Source: Azolla caroliniana
Lineage: Eukaryota; Plantae; Polypodiophyta
Reading direction: 5' to 3'
Length of the DNA stretch: 64,000 nt
Assembly: GCA_043228905.1 (NCBI GenBank)
Contig: JBHGNT010000016.1
Location: forward strand, 9,982,001-10,046,000
Part shown: positions 13,808 through 26,700 of the stretch, piece after piece
Layout of the letters: each line of letters opens with the position of its first letter
How positions within the stretch are numbered: position 1 is the first letter of the stretch
Notes under the pieces: generated by a model
What the model saw: only the letters and a program-made list of their open reading frames with translations
Told to the model about the DNA's origin: nothing
Databases searched by the model: none
Position numbers and translations under genes: made by a program

Positions 13808-14260
13808 TGTCATGAAAATCTGCGAGGGTATGTTGAAACGGGGCGGGACCCGGGGGTCTCGAACCAAGGAACCGATGAGAGTAGGAAAGTTCTCCTGATC
13901 GGTGTCCGATTGTGTATTTGGTCCGGATTGGATCTCGAATGTTGGACAGTGAACGCATGGGCTAGGGATGCATGCTATTTCGGACCGGTCGGGCAGACGA
14001 CCCATGACTCGGGCAAACGCGAGCAATAAACAAGGGTAGGATGGAGACGTGTACTCAACATAGAGATAACAATCAGATAAAATAAAGATGAAATATATTA
14101 AACAAGAGAAGAATACAATCAGACTTAGCCGGTATAAGAGTCTCGTGCCCTGGAGACACGCGCACACATAGAAACATAGAATGATGAACTTCTGGTCGAG
14201 AGCTTACAGGCTTCCTGCGTGAGGGAAGGCTTCGCCTTCTTCCTCGAATCAGTGCAGAGC

Positions 14261-14302
<42 letters not shown>

Positions 14303-16995
14303 GACACTTAAACCGACAACCCTTCCTCCTCCAAACCGTGGATCCCCAAAATAGTCTCAAACCTCCCCTTTTATAGAAAAAGGGGAGGGCGTTACATCAC
14401 CAATAAAGGCAACCTGCTTTCTGCCCTCCCCCGATTCTCTCCTCGATCTCCTCCCCTCAATCCTCTTTATTCCTCTACTTGTGTGACCATAAAGCACCTG
14501 TCAATCACACCTACCTAGTATTCCTCAACACTTAACTAATATTATGTTATTTACACATGATTGCACAAAAGACATATTTTGATTAATGCCCCTCCCCGTT
14601 CACGCGCATCCGGCCCCTCTCCTCGTAGCCGGAATTTCCCACGACATCCACCCCCACCAAACTGCACATCATCCGGCATGTGCCAAGCAGTGAAGTCGTG
14701 GGGATTCCAGCTCGGTCTTTACTCATCCTCTCTTGATCCATGGCCGGTCCGGTCTTCATCTGACTCCTCGCTCTCGCCGGTGCCGTCTCTGGTGTCTAGA
14801 TTTAGTTCCACTTCATGCCATTTTGTAAAGACCTTGATCCGTTTACCCGCGATCCTTGTCCCATCGAGCTCTGCTAGGTGGTACATGGCATTATCGTTTG
14901 CGCTCGTCACCACATATGGCCCGAACCACCGTTGTGGAAATTTCCGGGTCGACCGATGCTGATTGTCGAGGCTACTATCGTAGACTAGCACCAAGTCGCT
15001 TTCCTCAATCTTCCTCCACCGGAGTCGGTGTGTCCGATCAAACCGAGCCTTGTTCCTCTTCCACACTCCCCTGTTCTCGCCGTCGCTTGCTCGACATCTT
15101 CTAGCCTCCGCTCGAGATGTTGGATCCACGCCGCCAACAACTCCTCACGGCTCATCTCCTCCGTCCAATCGACTGCCCTCCATGATGAGATGGTCCGCTC
15201 GACTGGCATAATCGACTTTTGCCCGAACATAAGTTTAGTCGGCATGTACCTGGTCACCAAATTTTGTGTAGTTCGGTTGGCCCGTAGCACGTAAGGTAGG
15301 AGCTGCGACCAGTTTCCTACCCGTCCATCGGATGCTCGTACTAGCGCTTTCACAATCGGACCGTGCCCTCTCTTGACCTTTCCATTTGCCTTCGAATTGT
15401 AAGCCATCGTGAGGGAAATCTTGACCCCTAGTCGGTCTTATAGCTCCTCGGCTTCTTGCGGATCTTGCTCCCCACGGTCAGCCACGATCTTCCCAACACA
15501 CCCGTATCGGCAAATCACATCTTCGATAAAAAATCAGCATACGGTTGCGGTCGTCTTGTTGGGCAATGCTCGGCCCTCCACATGATTCGTCAGGTCTTCT
15601 CTCACGAGCACTAGGTACCGCATCTATCACTAAACCCCCACCAGCATCGTCACTAAATCGACCATCCACTTGAAGTGAATGGTTGGCGTGTAGATCGGGT
15701 GCAACTCATCGTCATGCCGAATACCGGAATGCATTTGATAGCTTTTGCATGTTGTCACGAAGTGATGCGCGTCGCGATACTTCTCCTTCAGTTTCTCGAA
15801 CGTGGCCCATGTTCCCCGATGTCTAGACTAGGGGCTTTCGTGAAATTCCGATAGGAGCACCGCTTGTTCTTCTTTCTTCGTCACCACCCGGAGTGGTGTG
15901 CCGGTCCGTCTCTTGGGGTGCTTCCATATCTTATTGTTTCGTAGGAAGAACCGGTAAGCCTTCTTTCGGATCCGACTCGCTTCGTCTTTCGTCTATGTTG
16001 CATTCGGCCCCAATGTGCTTAGGAACTTACCAATCTGGGGCCACTCCCCGTCGTAGTCATTCTCGTCGAACTCGTTCATGGCTGGAGCACTTTGTCTATT
16101 CGCCCTCAGTTGGTTCGACTCAAAGAAGTCCACGTCGACCTCTTCGTCTTCCGATACCATGTCGTCCTCGTTCTCGAACTGTGGTCTTGAGAGCATATCG
16201 GCCATGGTGTTGTCCTTTCCGGGGTTGTGTTGTATCTCCAAATTCAAGGACTTGATTTATGCGATCTACCTGAGCATCGCCAGGTCTGGAGTTGTGCATC
16301 CGGAAACCATACTGAGAATTAGTAGGCAGTCCGTCTTGATTATCACTTCTGTCCTAATTAAGTAGTCTTTATCGACCTTCACCACTGAAACGATACCCCA
16401 GAGTTCGCATTTAACCTAGGCGTGTCCTTGTTGCCGCTCGCTTAGCACCTTCACACTGAACCGGATGGGGAACCGTGCACCATCCCCATCTTCCTGATTA
16501 ACCACCCACCCGATTCCGGTTGGACTCATATCCACCGTTACGTAGACTGGAGTATCCACCTTGTACACCACTTTCCGGAGATTCGGTGTTGCCGTTAGCA
16601 TCTCCTTCAGTTTCCGGACCATCTTAGTGTACTCAACACCCCATTCGAATTTCTGGTTTTTCTTCAGCAAGCCATAGAGCAGTTGGGCGATATGCGCGTA
16701 GTGCGGAATCCAAATGTGGTAGATGGCACACACTCCTAGGAACCGCCAGACTTCCGTGACCGACCTACACTCTTCCTTCATTGCCGAGATGGTTTCTATC
16801 GACCATCAGGATCTCTGATTGTCTGAAAGCCGACTTCTCACCGGGGAATGTAAGCCGAGCGTCCTCAAGCCTCTGCAGAATCTTCTTGCAATTAGAGATG
16901 TGGTTTGTGATAAACCTTTGGGACCCATCCACTCCGATTGACTCATCCTTCGCGTCCTCTGGACACCCTTTGATCAGGATGTCATCGAGAAACGA
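13808..16995 (-). mobile_element. Decayed Ty3/gypsy 3' half: LTR 13808-14574, PPT, integrase, RNase H, partial RT
   Basis: tgtc...gaca termini. Purine tract ggggagggg on minus at ~14589-14597. Motifs FLDDILIKG, WRFLGVCAIYHIW, ADMLSR, YNSKANGKVKRGH, RWFGPYVV. Confidence 0.85.
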
Positions 16996-17009
16996 CATGG
17001 TGATGTCAA

Positions 17010-18845
17010 GCGGGAGAGTTCGAAAGGATGATGGTAATTGTCGAACAAATGATGAGATGTCAGGACAATGATGAGAGTGTGGAGAAGGTTGTCGACCGTG
17101 TCGTGGAAATCGAGGGTCAATTTGATGGAAGGAACATTAGGAAGTTCCTTGATGCATACAAAATGGAGATGAATTAGAGGGACGTGTCTGAGGCACCTCA
17201 AATCTCAAGTTTCAAGAGAGTTTTCGCCAACAACATCCAAAGACGGATCATTGAGCTTCAAGCAGGGAAGACAACATGGTCCGAGTTCGAGAGAGCAACA
17301 TTGGTGGAGTTCGCGACCGAGGATTTGTCGAGGATGACTGGACATGACTTGATGAAGTGGATAGACAAGAAGAATAAGAAGATGAGCCCCTCAAGGGTGT
17401 ACAACGAGTTCGACCAGATGTTTGGTCATCTCCCTACCACGGACCAAGTGCTACTTGAGGAGTAAAAGACTTAGTACTTCCTAAAATTTGTGGATATGAA
17501 GAATAGACGAGAACTGGGGACTCTCCTCGAAGATGACACCTAAGCGAACGGGCTCGTGACAAAATGGACTGTGGTGAAGCAAGCATGCAATAGGCTCGAC
17601 GAGCGTCGTCAATGGCTTGATGACATTGACTTGGTAGGGTTGAGTGTAGAAAAAACAAGGGTGTCTAAAGTAGTCGAGCCACCTAAACAAAGCATCCCGG
17701 AAGAGAAAAAGATTGATGATGACTCGAGGATGGCGAAGGCCACTTCGAGAGAGGACGAATGTTTCGGAACACGCGCCGTGTTCAAAACATCGGATGATGA
17801 AGGAGCAAGCCTAATCAAAGCTTGCGTTAAGGGAGTTAAAGAGTTCGAGGTCGATGTGATTGAGGAGATAGCCACGAGAAACGAAATTGAGTCGGAGATG
17901 GCTATGGATGAACCAATGGCGGATGGCCATGTAGAGACTTTCCTAACACTTCATCTAGAGACTTGGGCAGTTGTGGTTCAAAGCTAACTTGAGACCCAAG
18001 AGACAGAAGATGATGGCGAGGAAGCGAAGGTCCAAGCTACTGCAAATAACCATGTCGGGGCATGGCCGACAAATACATATGGATCTCTCCACAATCGTTT
18101 TGGAGACTTGGGCATTAACCGATGTAACACTAAAGAGATAGGTAGTGAGGACGAAGAAGCAAGGGTTGAAGTTGATGTGTGGGAGATAGAGGTCAAGCAA
18201 AGCATAGAGACAAAAGTTGATGCGTGCAACAAAGGGTCCGAGAAAAGTATGACAAGGGATGATGATGGACAAGCGAGCCAAGAGGATCCGAAGGATGTGA
18301 TCAAAACATCTAACAAAGACACTAGTGTGAAGATTGTCAACTCTAACATGAGATTGTACCATGAAAGTGGACAAAGTGAGAAACATAGAGCATGGTCACT
18401 TAAGGATCTTGAAGTGGGCATGCACTTGAAGGTACTACATAAGGTAATCAATGTCATTATTCAGATAAAGGCTTGGGGAGGAAGATACAAAACAAAAATG
18501 CGTGACGGGTCAAAGTGCCTTGAGAAAGGAGACAATCGGGACAAAGGTGGAACATCCATAAAGCCTAAAAGGTTATGTTGGGAAGGAGAACAAGGGGCCA
18601 TGACAACTGGTCATGGTAAAGCAAAGAATGAGTGAATGATATGGTGGATTGGGTGGCGACAATGGTTCAAGTGATAGGAATGAATATGCTTGAAAATGGA
18701 GGAATCGAGGGTGTCATGGAGATTGAGGGTCAATTTGATCGAGGGTTGACTTTCGCGCTTCTCTTACTATTTTTCCTCAACGAGTTATCCCACATATATA
18801 TGTAGCTAATACGACTCTCTCTCTATATATACTAACTTATCTTTT
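17010..18845 (+). pseudogene. gypsy gag-derived segment without pol (possible non-autonomous element)
   Basis: GQFDGRNIRKFLDAYKMEM..ISSFKRV..WTVVKQACNR parallels the gag at 6660-7300, followed by an acidic low-complexity region. Confidence 0.6.
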
Positions 18846-19362
18846 CAGGCGACTTCCATTCAACCGAATCCCATTTCGGGTTTTTTGGTCGATTTTGGCC
18901 AACCGACTCTCATTTCGACTTTTTGGTCGCTTTCAGCCCACCAACTCTTGTTTCGGCTTCCTGACTGATTTTGGCCAACGGACTCTCGTTTCAGCTTTCC
19001 GGTAGACTCCCCCACAAGGAGGGACAATCTTACATAACACAATTGACTTACTAGTAAGCCAAGTCATTTCTTTAAAAGTTGTATTCTCCAATATATTCTT
19101 CACATGTAAATTCTCATACACGAGAGCTTCGATGAGTGACATGGACATCATGCATCACATGTAATGCATGAGCGCCAAGTGACAAACATGAATCGCATGC
19201 ATTACATGCATTGTATGCATGTATTGCACCCTGACATGCATCATATGGATGGGGGCATCTATAAAAGAGAGAGGGGCAATGTACTAAATCAAGAAAATAA
19301 TAAAAAAATCTAGTTATCTTATTGGTGATGTATCGTGTCTCTAAAAATTGAAGTCAAGGGTT

Positions 19363-19396
<34 letters not shown>

Positions 19397-19531
19397 CTGT
19401 TTCAGAATTGGAATCTCCGTCTTTGAATCTCTCTCTACCTATCTTAAATACTTTCTCGCGAAAGCTAATACAAACTTCGAATCCTTCTAGTTCAGGACCC
19501 TAGTGGTCCCACTGTTGTAGTGTAATTCACA

Positions 19532-19845
19532 CACTACGTGAAAAATTACATTTTTGGTCTCTCCGGATAGGACATGGAGTACCCGGTGAGAACCGAAGGA
19601 GGAATCGGTACGGACTGAAACCGGTAAGGAGACCCAGCAAGAGCCGGATGAAGAAGGCCGGTGAGAGTCGGTGAGAAGCGGACGAAGAGGACCGGTAAGG
19701 ATAACCGGATGGAATCGGATGAAGGAGGAATCGGCAAGGAAGACCCGGTAAGGAGACCCGGTGAGAACCGGATGAAGAAGGCCGGTGAGAGTCTCTCACT
19801 AGATGAAGAGACATATTTGTAAATAGGAGAAAGTATAAAAATATA
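19532..19845. mobile_element. Possible CACTA-like terminus with short sub-terminal CCGG-rich repeats
   Basis: CACTACGTGAAAAA followed by repeated ccggtgagaaccg/ccggtaagga units. No partner end found. Confidence 0.3.
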
Positions 19846-20562
19846 TGTTACATGCATAGGGCAAGATTCGAACCTTGTACCTCCATGTTAATAATGTTAA
19901 GCCTTACCACTATACTAGCATATTATAAATTTTAAAGTTATACTAAACTTTATCCCATGTAAATATTCTTGATATGCATGGTACAAAAAGTTACTCATGC
20001 ATACACACTCGAGTTAAAAGAAAAGATTGGATAGAAAGTTAATCATGCACATGCAGTGTGCATGAAAACTAAAGTTAGAAAAAGCATATTCGATAAAGCA
20101 TATAGTCTATAGTTAGAGGAAAAGGTATGGATTGTGAAGACTCTCTCATCACTATATAAGGATGAGGAGCACAATGTAATAGGGTGTGAAATATTTGGGA
20201 AATTGGATATATTTTCCGAAAACACCAACCAATTAATATAATCGTGGGATTCATGAAGATAATATCATCTATACTTGTGGGATTCGCAAGTTTATAATAA
20301 TCTATTCATAATTAAAATCGTCTCAAATTCGCAAGTTTATAGTCTACAGTTAAAGAAAAAGATATGGATTGTGAAGACTCTCTCATCACTATATAAGGAT
20401 GAGGAGCACAATGTAATAGGGTGTGAAATACTTGGGAAATTGGATATATTTTCCGAAAACACCAACCAATTAATATAATCGTGGGATTCATGAAGATAAT
20501 ATCATCTATACTTGTGGGATTCACAAGTTTATAATAATCTATTCATAATTAAAATCGTCACA
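19846..20562 (+). repeat. LTR-like sequence with an internal ~237-bp tandem duplication and an antisense tRNA-like 5' end
   Basis: Starts TGTTAC and ends ..gtcaca. About 20105-20341 is repeated from 20342. TATATAAGG occurs in each unit. Confidence 0.5.
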
Positions 20563-20774
20563 AATTCATCCTCGTCCTAGTCCAAAACCCCATCGGTTCC
20601 CACCCGACTCACGCAAACGATCTGGCGCTGAAAGGCACGCCACCACTTCATTACGCGAACACGCGAGGATTTCCTCGACATCTTTCTTGGTGAACCCGAC
20701 GTGAAGAAGCGGTAGGAAGGATCAAGACGAGGATCGACGGATACTTGGAGATGACACCCTCAAGTAATCAAATG

Positions 20775-21026
20775 GGAGAGTTCGAAAGGATGATGGTAAT
20801 TGTCGAATAAATGATGAGATGTCGGGACAATGATGCGAGCGTGGAGAAGGCTATCGACCGTGTCGTGGAGATCAAGGGTCTATTTGATGGAAGGAACATC
20901 ACGAAGTGGGTCAATTTGATCGAGGGTTCACTTTTGCGCTTCTCTTACTATTTTTCCTCAGTGAGTTATCCCACATATATATGTAGCTAATACGACTCTC
21001 TCTCTATATATATACTAACTTATCTT
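20775..21026 (+). repeat. Internally deleted copy of the 17010-18845 segment
   Basis: 5' part matches 17012-17140 and 3' part matches 18727-18843. Confidence 0.85.
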
Positions 21027-21034
21027 ATATATAT

Positions 21035-21555
21035 TGTGGTGTCCCTTGGATGCAAGTGCATGCCTTCATGTTGGGTGTGCATGTGTTCCTTTGTGCCCCT
21101 TTTAACATACCCTTGTTAGGACGCATGCCTTCATGCTATGGTGTACATGTGTTCCTTTGAGCCACCCTTTTAGCATACCCTTGTTAGGACGCATGTAGCT
21201 AAGTAAAGCCAACCCAAAAGGGTACCTTTGTACGACTATAAATTGAATAGGAAGTAAGAAGCTAAGCAAGCTGGTTTGGATTCCATTTATGTGCATTTCA
21301 CATAATTGGTGGAGATGCGAGGTAAAATTTTAGCCACTATCACCTCTTTATGGCGTCCCAATTCCCTCCCGTCGCCGTCGAAGTCGATACCCCGCAACCT
21401 CCTGAGCGGCCACCCCCCTTCCAAATGGAGCAACTCCTGCAAGTCCTCTCCAACGCCATGCTTCAAATCAGCCACACGAACCAAGCTATGCTCTCCTTCC
21501 TCTTTGCTACGAATGATCGGTCTCCAGATCGGCCAGATTCCAAGGTGAGAACGTC
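21035..21555 (+). mobile_element. 5' fragment of an LTR retrotransposon: LTR 21035-21302, tRNA-Ala-type PBS, gag start
   Basis: TG...CA ends, TATAAA at ~21237. TGGTGGAGATGCG at 21307 is complementary to the plant tRNA-Ala 3' end. Pro-rich ORF from 21350. Confidence 0.65.
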
Positions 21556-21737
21556 TTAGCATGGTTGGATCACTTTGAGATGATCTCCAGTTACCACAAA
21601 TGATCTGACGAGCACAAGGTTTTGGAAGTTCGCACCTTCCCCTTCTCTTTGCGGTGAACCGTCTCCTTGGTTCCTTACGCGAGGAAGGCACAACTGAGTC
21701 TTCACTACTCGCTGACTCATTATCCTACTAGTCTTTC
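21556..21737 (-). pseudogene. Integrase-RT linker of the outer copia, continuing at 53403
   Basis: EPRRRFTAKR matches linker KPRRRFTRK in ORF 25329. Joins ESPISFRLSGPNE at 53403-53450 across the CTTTC TSD. Confidence 0.75.
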
Positions 21738-22008
21738 TGTTGAGATACAAGCTCAACATAGGCCGGACCGGTGTGCAAACCAGGTGCGTAAACCGGTGCG
21801 CAACAAGAAGCCGTAGCGGTGTGTAAACGGTGAGGCCGTTCGAAAGATATTCCGCATAGGAATACTTTTTGGGAGTTAGTGTAGAGCTCATTTATGAGCA
21901 TTGAAGTACGTGTTAGTACTTCTGTCAGTCCGTATGGACTTGTATAAAAGTTCTCACTAAGCACATTCTATGTACAGACTGAGTATTATTTTTGAAAGTG
22001 CTGTGTTT

Positions 22009-22040
<32 letters not shown>

Positions 22041-22137
22041 CCCCCTGCGTACTCTGTGTGTGTGTCCAAGCCCTCCATTAAACCTGTGTTTTCCTAAGTT
22101 CTACTTTGTGTTGCTTCCGCACGTTGTTGTTTTCATA

Positions 22138-22149
22138 TGGTATCAAAGC
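22138..22149 (+). promoter_or_regulatory. Primer-binding site, initiator tRNA-Met type
   Basis: TGGTATCAAAGC immediately after the LTR end. Confidence 0.85.
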
Positions 22150-22843
22150 GCGAGGGTTGAGAACCTCTGTAGCCGACCTTAGCTCAAGAAGAAAACCTAA
22201 CCTTCGTAAAGAACATGAAAACAGAATGGATAAAGGCATGGCTAGCTTGCTTTCGATCGAGAAGCACGACAAAAACAACTACGCATCTTGGTCGTACAAG
22301 ATGCACCAATATCTGCTCGGGCATGGATATTGGAGTTATGTCGATGGAGCAAATGACACAGCACCCAATTCGACACACAGACTTCCCGGCTTGGGAACAG
22401 TCGGCGTGCAAAGTTCTCTACTGCTTCGTGTCTTGTGTGGGTGAACAACTTTTGAGCTATATTCGTGATGCGAAAACGCCGAAGGATGCTTGGGGAAATC
22501 TGAAAAAGATTTTCGCCACAAGCACCACAGCCAAAACGCTCCAACTCTGACCGGAGTTGAGCACCTTGCGACAACGCGATTGTGGCTGATTACACCTCAA
22601 AGATCAAAGAGATATGTGACTCCTTAGCCTCCGTTGATATGAACATCGAGGAAGGCGAAATGGTGCAGATCTATCTCGGGGGACTGGCATCAAAGTTCGG
22701 AGCGTTCCGAATTTCTATGGGCACGCGAGAGAATACGCCGTCGTTTTTTGACCTACAATCGATGCTCCTTATAGAGGAGAACCACGTGGGTGCGTTGACG
22801 AGTATGCATGCCGATAGCAAGATGTTGTACACGGAAGGTGATA

Positions 22844-23760
22844 TGTCGGGAACTTGTCGTTCCTTATGCGCAAGACTCGGCCACAACCGAGATTCTTTTC
22901 ATACACAGAAAAACAGGTAATGAAATGCGACACAAAGAAGAGAAATGGTACACAAGAGGTTTACGTGGAAAACCCCAAACTAGGGGAAAAGCCACGGCAG
23001 CCCACAGGTTGCAAACTGTCACTATGTATGAATGTACAAAACAATGAGTTCACGGAGGCAACGACCTCGGACTCACGATCTTCGCCATAGGCGGTGGTTA
23101 CAACTGAGGCAACGACCTCTTTCTCTCTCTCTCTCTCTGTACAACGTTACGTACTGTCTCTGCTTCTTGCACCAACAAGAAAAATAACGACTACATAATA
23201 TTAGTTTGCCCTAAGTCATATTTATACTAATATGACTTTTCGGCTATTTACAAATATAGCCACAATGGGCTCTCAGAAACATATTTACGAATATGTCTCT
23301 TCCTCTGGTTCATACCGGGTCTGCACCATCCGGCTCTCCGTAACCGGGTACTCCTCATCCGGTTCATACCGGGCCTGCACCATCCGGCTCTCCGTAGCCA
23401 GGTACTCCTCATCCGGTTCATACCGGGCCTGCACCATCCGGCTCTCCGTAGCCGGGTACTCCTCATCCGGTTCATACCGGGCCTGCACCATCCGGCTCTC
23501 CGTAGCCGGGTACTCCTCATCCGGTTCATACCGGGCCTGCACCATCCGGCTCTCCGTAGCCGGGTACTCCTCATCCGGTTCATACCGGGCCTGCACCATC
23601 CGGCTCTCCGTAGCTGGGTACTCCTCATCTGGTTCATACCGGGCCTGCACCATCCGGCTCTCCGTAGCCGGGTACTCCTCATACGGTTTCGGCCGAGGCC
23701 GAGTTTGTTCATCGTCACTGATCTTCTCCCTTCCCATCCGGAGGGACCTGTCTCCCAACA
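22844..23760. mobile_element. Solo LTR (917 bp) inserted in copia gag
   Basis: Termini tgtcggga/tcccaaca and near-TSD TGATA/TAATA. gag resumes across it. Confidence 0.8.
23307..23684. repeat. Tandem array, 7 x 54 bp
   Basis: Unit ggttcataccgggcctgcaccatccggctctccgtagccgggtactcctcatcc. Confidence 0.95.
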
Positions 23761-26700
23761 TAATAGGCCCCGTGGTTGTGGTGGATGAGGCAAGTCGGTG
23801 CACAATGGAGGCGGCCGACAGGATCAAGGAAGAAGGCACCGAAGTGATAGCCAGAGTAATTCCGGACCCTTCGGAAACAGGGGGAGTCAAGGTGATGAGA
23901 ACTGTCAAGGGAAATCCGTCGCAGAATGCTGGTACTATGGCAAGAAAGGACACAAGGAGAGCGAGTGTTGGAAGAAGCATGCCGATTCGAAGAAAACCGG
24001 ATCCGGATTTGGACAAACCGACAAAGGAAATCGGCAGCAATCGCACTACGCCAAAGGATCTGGAAAAGTCGGAGAGGGGGCAGCCTTCGTGACGAGACAT
24101 GAAGCGAACTCAATGAAGAAGACCACCCTGAAATCAGACGAGGTGTGGTATGTTGACTCCGGCGTGTCAAACCAGAGAAACCGATGCAATCAGGAGTAGT
24201 CGCAACAGGAGACGACACTCCGCATCCGATTGAGAATGTTGGTGAAGTTCCCTTGAGCCATGTCAAGCAAAAAGGGAAACTCATGAACGTGCTACACGTC
24301 TCGACAATCACGAAGAATCTGGTGTCGGTCGGGCAGATTGTCGACTAGGGGATGCAAGTCCGGTTCACGGATCTTGGGTGCTTCATCGAGGAGGAAGGCC
24401 AAGTTATTACGCAAGGGTGCAAAAACGGGAGGATGTTTATCCTCGACACCAATGACGTCGGCACCGCAATGTTCGCAAAAGGACAAAAAGTCGAGTTGGA
24501 CATTGACTCGTGGCACAAGCGGATAGGCCACGTCAACTATCAAAGGCTTCAAGACTTGTAGTCGAAACAAGTTGTGTTCGGATTGCCCAAATTTAGTGGC
24601 CAGAAGGCCCAAATTTGTGAAGCCTTCCAGCTAGGGAAGCAACACTCACTTCCTTTCCCCAAAGAGCATAATCGGAGCCGGAACAAGCTGGACTTGATAC
24701 ATTCGGATGTATGGGGGCTAGCATAGAACGTTAATCTTGGCGGGAGTCAATATTTTGTCTCCTTCATCGACGACTACACGCGACACACGTGGATCTATCT
24801 CATTGAAAAGAAGAGTGAAGTCTTTGACTGTTTTCGGGACCTCCAAAGCTTTGTAGAAAGGGAGACAGGGAGAAAGATCATGTGCCTGTGGTCGGATGGC
24901 CGAAAAGAGTACTTTTCCGGCCAATTCAACAGTTATCTGCAACAAATGGGAATTCAACGTGAATTCAGTTGCAGGTATGTACGCCGGAGCAAAATGGCGT
25001 AGACGAAAGCAAACATTGGTCGGTTGTGGAAGCGGCGTGGGCAATGCTGGAAGAAAAGAGGTTGCCCAAGTTCTATTGGGCCGAAGCGGTACAAACCGCA
25101 GTCTACATCCAGAATCGGATCAGAGACAAAGTGTCGGCGCATGAGTTGTACTTCGGAAGAAAGTTGAATCTACGACACTTGAGAGTTTTCGGTAGCATTG
25201 TGTATGTGCATGTGCCGAAGGAGAAACAGAGGAAGTTGGACGCGAAAGCCGAGAAGTGTATCTTGGTCGGCTATTCGGATGAACAAAAGGGTTATAAGTG
25301 TTATAACCCTCGAACCAAATAAGCTCACGTGAGCCACAATGTTGTGTTTGACGAGTCCACGTCCTGTTACTTGCCTCCGACTTCAGACCTCAACTCCAAC
25401 TTCAGATCTCTGAACCCGAGTTCTGACAATGAGGTCAGCGAGGCTGAAATGCCTCCAGATGACAGCGAAATCAAGACCCTTGATGAGAGTCCGATTTCAT
25501 TTTGGCTAAGTGGACCGAACGAGCGACTGGGTTGGTTTGACCAGTCCGAAGAAGAGCCGGCGAATACTGGAGACTCAGCCATGCATTCCCCGTGCAGAAA
25601 GCCGAGGAGACGGTTTACGCGCAAGGAAAAAAGGGAAGAAGAAGATGCCGGAGTACGGCACGGATAAGGGCAAGTCAGATTGACGCGAATCCGACTCCGA
25701 GAAGAGCGATGACGGGCCTTCGAGAGCAAAGTTCGCGTCACCCAAGAAGGCCTCAACATCAGCTAGTGAGCAATTACGCCGATCTACCCGCTAGAAGAAC
25801 CCTGTTGTGCGGTTCAGATACAACGAGTACATGGCGCATCACTATGCGTAAATGACACATGTAGCGGAAGTGCGTGAGCCGGAGAGCTACACAGAAGTGG
25901 CGAAGGACGCAAATTGGCATGCCGCAATGGAGGAAGAGATTTGCGCATTGGCGGAGAATGAAACCTGGGACCTGGTTGACTCATCGAAGGGTGTGAAGCC
26001 AATCGGATGTAGGTGGGTGTACAAGGTCAAGTACAACACCGATGGCTCGGTCAACTGATACAAGGCCCAGTTAGTAGCGAAAGGCTACGCGTAGAAGCAC
26101 ATCGTGGACTACGGCGAGACCTTTGCGCCTGTCGCGAAGATGACTACCGTGCGTGTGTGTTCTGCTAGCTGTAACAGCGGCGAAGGGGTGGCATTTACAT
26201 CATATGGATGTCAAGAATGCGTTCCTGCAAGGTGAGCTCGAGGAATAGGTGTACATGGTACAACCCCCGGGATTTCACTCCGAAATAAACACTTCGGCGG
26301 TCTGCCGGTTGAAGAAGTCCCTTTACGGACTAAAGCAAGCCCCGGTGTTTGGAACGCGAAAATCACGCAGTGATTGCGTCGGATAGGATTTGCGACGTCC
26401 AAATCGGACTCTTCATTGTTCATTCGGCAAGGTCGACTCGGCCCAGTTAGTATTTTACTTTATGTTGATGATTACTTGGTCATCACCGATGCTGACCTAG
26501 GTGAAATTGACCGCGTAAAGCTCCAGCTCGCAGCATCATTTGACATGGAGGACTTAGGGGATCTTCATTACTTCCTCGGGATCAAAGTGATCTGTACCCC
26601 CGAAGGAGATTGATCAGCCAACGTCATTACACGCTGAATATGCTCTTCAAGTTCGGGATGATAGATTGTAAGCCCATCTCGATGCCTCGGGATAGGACTG

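Noticed and set aside
18860-19531. Short repeats and an LTR-like segment
   Set aside because: Probably TE-derived, but boundaries and family could not be established from the sequence.
23232-24100. Long repeat ORFs (286 and 271 aa) on both strands
   Set aside because: By-product of a stop-free 54-bp array in a solo LTR running into copia gag.
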